From a virus (lineage: Duplodnaviria; Caudoviricetes): DNA of 64,000 bases. Of the stretch, positions 61,901-64,000 are shown one piece after another. The translations under genes and the position numbers were made by a program. The stretch is from positions 32,001-96,000 of IMG/VR virus record IMGVR_UViG_3300021387_000072; one strand, given 5' to 3'. How positions within the stretch are numbered: position 1 is the stretch's first letter; the number at the start of each line of letters is the position of its first letter. The notes under the pieces are model-generated. The model was not told the origin of the DNA. It made no database searches and saw only the letters and a list, made by a program, of their open reading frames with translations.

Positions 61901-64000
61901 GATACAGCTGGAAAACCTACCGGTGAATATACGACTGAATTCAAGTGTGTAGATCAGATCAACGGTGTATTCGTGTCTTCCAATAAGGTTCAGGGTACGA
62001 CTTCTCAGAAGTATCCGCGTAAGAATTTTAAAGCTAAGCTCGCAAAGGTGTCATCTACGGATCCCACTAAGTCCGAAAAGGTGAAATATCCTATCGACGG
62101 CTACGATGATCAGGGCAATGCACTTTCCACTAAGGAGTCTACACTGTGCTTCAAAATGGACTTCATGTCTACTGACCATGCCAACACCTTCAATGCCAAC
62201 CTCGCAGACACACTCTACAAGGATAGAGAACCTGGCTCAAAGGTACAGAATACAGTTCACGGTTTCCGTTGTCTGTTGTTCCATATGGATCAGAAGGACT
62301 TTAATCCTGAGAAGACAAACTTCGCAAACCTTAATGACTACCCTGAAGAAACCATCTCCTTTGCTGGCGATGGCTGTCTGAACAATGACAAGGGCAACGC
62401 TGATTCCTTTGGTCTTAAGACTTCTTCTCCGTTTACTTACAACGGAACAGAGTATGCAAAGGACACTGGCAATGTCACCAAGCAGCAGAAGTGGGAAGTT
62501 ACAGTGAACACCGGCGAAATCGTCGTGTTCCAGAACGACGATTTCTTCGCCGAAGGAACAGGCCAGCTGGTGAACGGTGAGATCGTGCCTACCACAAAAG
62601 TATTCGATGCTCTTGAATCCTGCTATCCTGACCAGGGTGATCTTGAAGATGAAGGACTGCAGCCGAACTACGATCACATTCAGGTTATGTGGACCTGGGT
62701 TGTGCAGAGGGCCAACTTCCTTGACCCGAATATTGACGCCACTACAAAAGCTCAGAGACGTCAGATATTCCATGATGAATTCACAAAGCATTTTAATCTT
62801 GATCATGCTCTGATTTACTATCTGTTTACGGAATGGAATGCACTGTGCGATAACCGTGCAAAGAACATGTTCTTCAGCTGTAAGGATCTTACAGCAGAGC
62901 ATCTGGTGTTTACCAACAGTGCCAAGAGTCTTGCTGATATCCAGACTTCCGCAGGAAGAATTGATGGATCCAAGATTAACTGGACAGACTCTCAGTTTGC
63001 TATATGGTTTACAGACCTGTATGACCTTGACTCCTGCTTTGGTGCAGACAACGTGGGCTATCTCCGTATTCCTTACTATGCTGACTGGTATTACTATACC
63101 GGAACCAAAGGTGAACAGTCTTATTCTGAGAAGTTCAGCGGTGCACAGAGCTACTTCTGGAGAATGTTTGAAGATGTATTTGCCGCAGATATTAAGAGGA
63201 TGGCACAGGAACTTACAACACCAAGTCAGCAGTATGGCGATCTGAGTTATGAAACTCTGAAGAGAGTTCATATTACAGAGAATGCTGAGCTTGTATGTCC
63301 TGCCATCATTAACAGGGATATGGAATATAAGTACGACGATACATGGGTTGAAGGTTTCTACAATCCTGTGTCGCAGCAGTACGAACATGATGACCAGTAC
63401 AAGTATATTCACAGAGGTTCCAGAACGGAACAGAAAGACTCCTTCCTATATAAGCGTTCAAGGATGCTTTACAGTAAATATCAGTGCGGTCAGTTCCTTA
63501 ATGACAGCCTGAGTTTCAGATGCGGTTCTACCATAGATAGAAACAAGACTGGTATTATTCTGGAAGCTGATCAGAAGATGTACCTTGGTGTACGTTATGG
63601 TGACAGCGCTCCGAACATGACCAATGATATGATTAATGCAGGCGTATCTGCCAGCTTCATATCTCCCAGCGGCTGCGGTGCTACAGATACAATCTATATT
63701 CTTGGTGCATCCAACCTGACAAAGATCAGTGATATCTCTGCGTTCATTCCGCAGGAATTGAAGATTGGTGCTGCAAAGAAGATTAAGGAACTGATTGTCG
63801 GTTCTGATAAGAGCGGCTATGTCAACAGCGTTCTGGCAAAGATTGACACAAAAGATAACACACTGCTTGAAACACTGAATCTGTGCGGCTGTGTGGCTCT
63901 TGACACCACGCTTGACCTCTCACAGAACAGTCTGATTAAGAATGTCTATCTCAAGAATTCCTCTGTGTCTACAGTAACACTTCCTGTTGGCGGTGTTCTG
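58982..64000 (+). CDS. Very large (>1670 aa, truncated at the window end) virion protein with YTK.E/Q.D repeats, a CotH kinase-like domain and LRRs
   Basis: ATG at 58982; absent from the track because no stop falls in the window; in-frame VQGTTSQKYPRKNF, DNRAKNMF, YDLDSCFG and terminal LETLNL...LDLS..S.IK.VYL repeats. Confidence 0.75.
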   Translation, partial: MPSQTTNYELPLVPRDEKVMTFLEWRTLVNGTDSSSAMNKIDSALKTLSDQVSGGAAGISYNATNGTLSLISSTGSSIGQAITLDVYTRSQIEAKISGFKSESQINDLITTKLTGGTDKYMKESDVTNAIIDRVAGDEGYLKDYYNKEEVQQMVNNVDISGRLQNYATKDSVYTKDQTYTKQEVDNKIASSSGPEVDLSDYYTKSQTDTQISNAVTTAKSDYYTKNQVDGLLSNVSVDLSTLADNTAIGMDGARTIREMNTDILTLQSSMSSAVIDVDSSPNPEDTAKTDITFTMGDESTKTITIAGGGGGGGGSTYAMLVTNQYPTGSRRITAVSGQTVVLPFNFRVFFNGTEMSQGEEEAVMTAQYRIGNGAWYTFIEDETVTNGNTISRDVSRYLRGGNVTSVQFSLTLSSDNTIVRTIQYDITCLEISMNSSYTSGSMYTSDFNIPFTCIGRGIQKTLHVVVDGNTGNEKTVNLGTSSGEELTYKVEASAFNLTYGAHVIEMYFMATDVDLPSNTLKYIFFYNDGSSTNTMIGAYLENTNVTYGDVLTINYIVNNPQGEGVDSITFDTGYLDANNNFVITEEYVENNVANFVMSTKQLLDYPESGNCLVDIKCYVGGVVTRNISLSFFVTKSAVSYNQINTDLIYVYKANGRSNNSNDKERYIYKIDDNDNKKIYTTFDNFNWASDGYSETNTLVLRDQARMNIYLPVLKSSGSNRASLFGESSDTIVQFDSKQNAVMTDVGRTIEFDLNMMDVVDQNTAVVEYSDANSGASFKITPQMCYMLARGQSINLDETGFILNEETVACAYLKDNKRLRISFVIEPVKTSTYTDTNGTERTIEVQCVNIYINGAYAKSYRYNSSLNYDSNYSTKDDCIIKIGSSDCTTKLYEVRIYNKALPYRGILQNYMNAPISMADRRENNIANDFLESESFDVSYAKAVYQYPCLLHIGEFSPSKSDEKKCGWVLTKPVLDTAGKPTGEYTTEFKCVDQINGVFVSSNKVQGTTSQKYPRKNFKAKLAKVSSTDPTKSEKVKYPIDGYDDQGNALSTKESTLCFKMDFMSTDHANTFNANLADTLYKDREPGSKVQNTVHGFRCLLFHMDQKDFNPEKTNFANLNDYPEETISFAGDGCLNNDKGNADSFGLKTSSPFTYNGTEYAKDTGNVTKQQKWEVTVNTGEIVVFQNDDFFAEGTGQLVNGEIVPTTKVFDALESCYPDQGDLEDEGLQPNYDHIQVMWTWVVQRANFLDPNIDATTKAQRRQIFHDEFTKHFNLDHALIYYLFTEWNALCDNRAKNMFFSCKDLTAEHLVFTNSAKSLADIQTSAGRIDGSKINWTDSQFAIWFTDLYDLDSCFGADNVGYLRIPYYADWYYYTGTKGEQSYSEKFSGAQSYFWRMFEDVFAADIKRMAQELTTPSQQYGDLSYETLKRVHITENAELVCPAIINRDMEYKYDDTWVEGFYNPVSQQYEHDDQYKYIHRGSRTEQKDSFLYKRSRMLYSKYQCGQFLNDSLSFRCGSTIDRNKTGIILEADQKMYLGVRYGDSAPNMTNDMINAGVSASFISPSGCGATDTIYILGASNLTKISDISAFIPQELKIGAAKKIKELIVGSDKSGYVNSVLAKIDTKDNTLLETLNLCGCVALDTTLDLSQNSLIKNVYLKNSSVSTVTLPVGGVL

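Noticed and set aside
62237-63412. 391-aa minus-strand ORF (and 61298-61831)
   Set aside because: Antisense shadows of the large + strand CotH-like gene.

Overview
The window is part of a large tailed phage genome, probably infecting a Bacillota (Clostridia-like) host. Its gene order resembles SPbeta. Minus strand, 1-21.5 kb: a head morphogenesis module with terminase large subunit, portal, protease/scaffold and major capsid protein. Between scaffold and capsid lie five paralogous decoration-like genes and two long FLRGDG-repeat fibre proteins. Two tRNAs follow. Plus strand, 23.4-43.6 kb: an early/accessory region with a single-subunit YonO-like RNA polymerase, RNase H, a Csx20-like ring-nuclease candidate, SLOG + NADAR, SSB, two more tRNAs and many structured non-coding elements. 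It ends in an operon encoding a ubiquitin-like conjugation set (Ubl, E2-like, DHH, JAB, E1), a retron-type reverse transcriptase and a 160-aa orphan. The most striking feature comes next (42841-43611): a tandem array of four retron-like msr-msd RNA units. Each unit has its own closing inverted-repeat pair, a conserved unpaired G, two small stem-loops (invariant loop TGGTTTTATC on covarying stems) and a different GC-rich hairpin. This suggests one RT making several distinct msDNAs. Downstream are a second YonO-like RNA polymerase, the replication module (Sak, SSB, primase-helicase, phosphoesterase, Cas4-like nuclease, DnaE), a RemA-like gene and virion genes ending in a truncated >1600-aa CotH/LRR protein. 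All calls come from reading motifs by eye; no searches were run.
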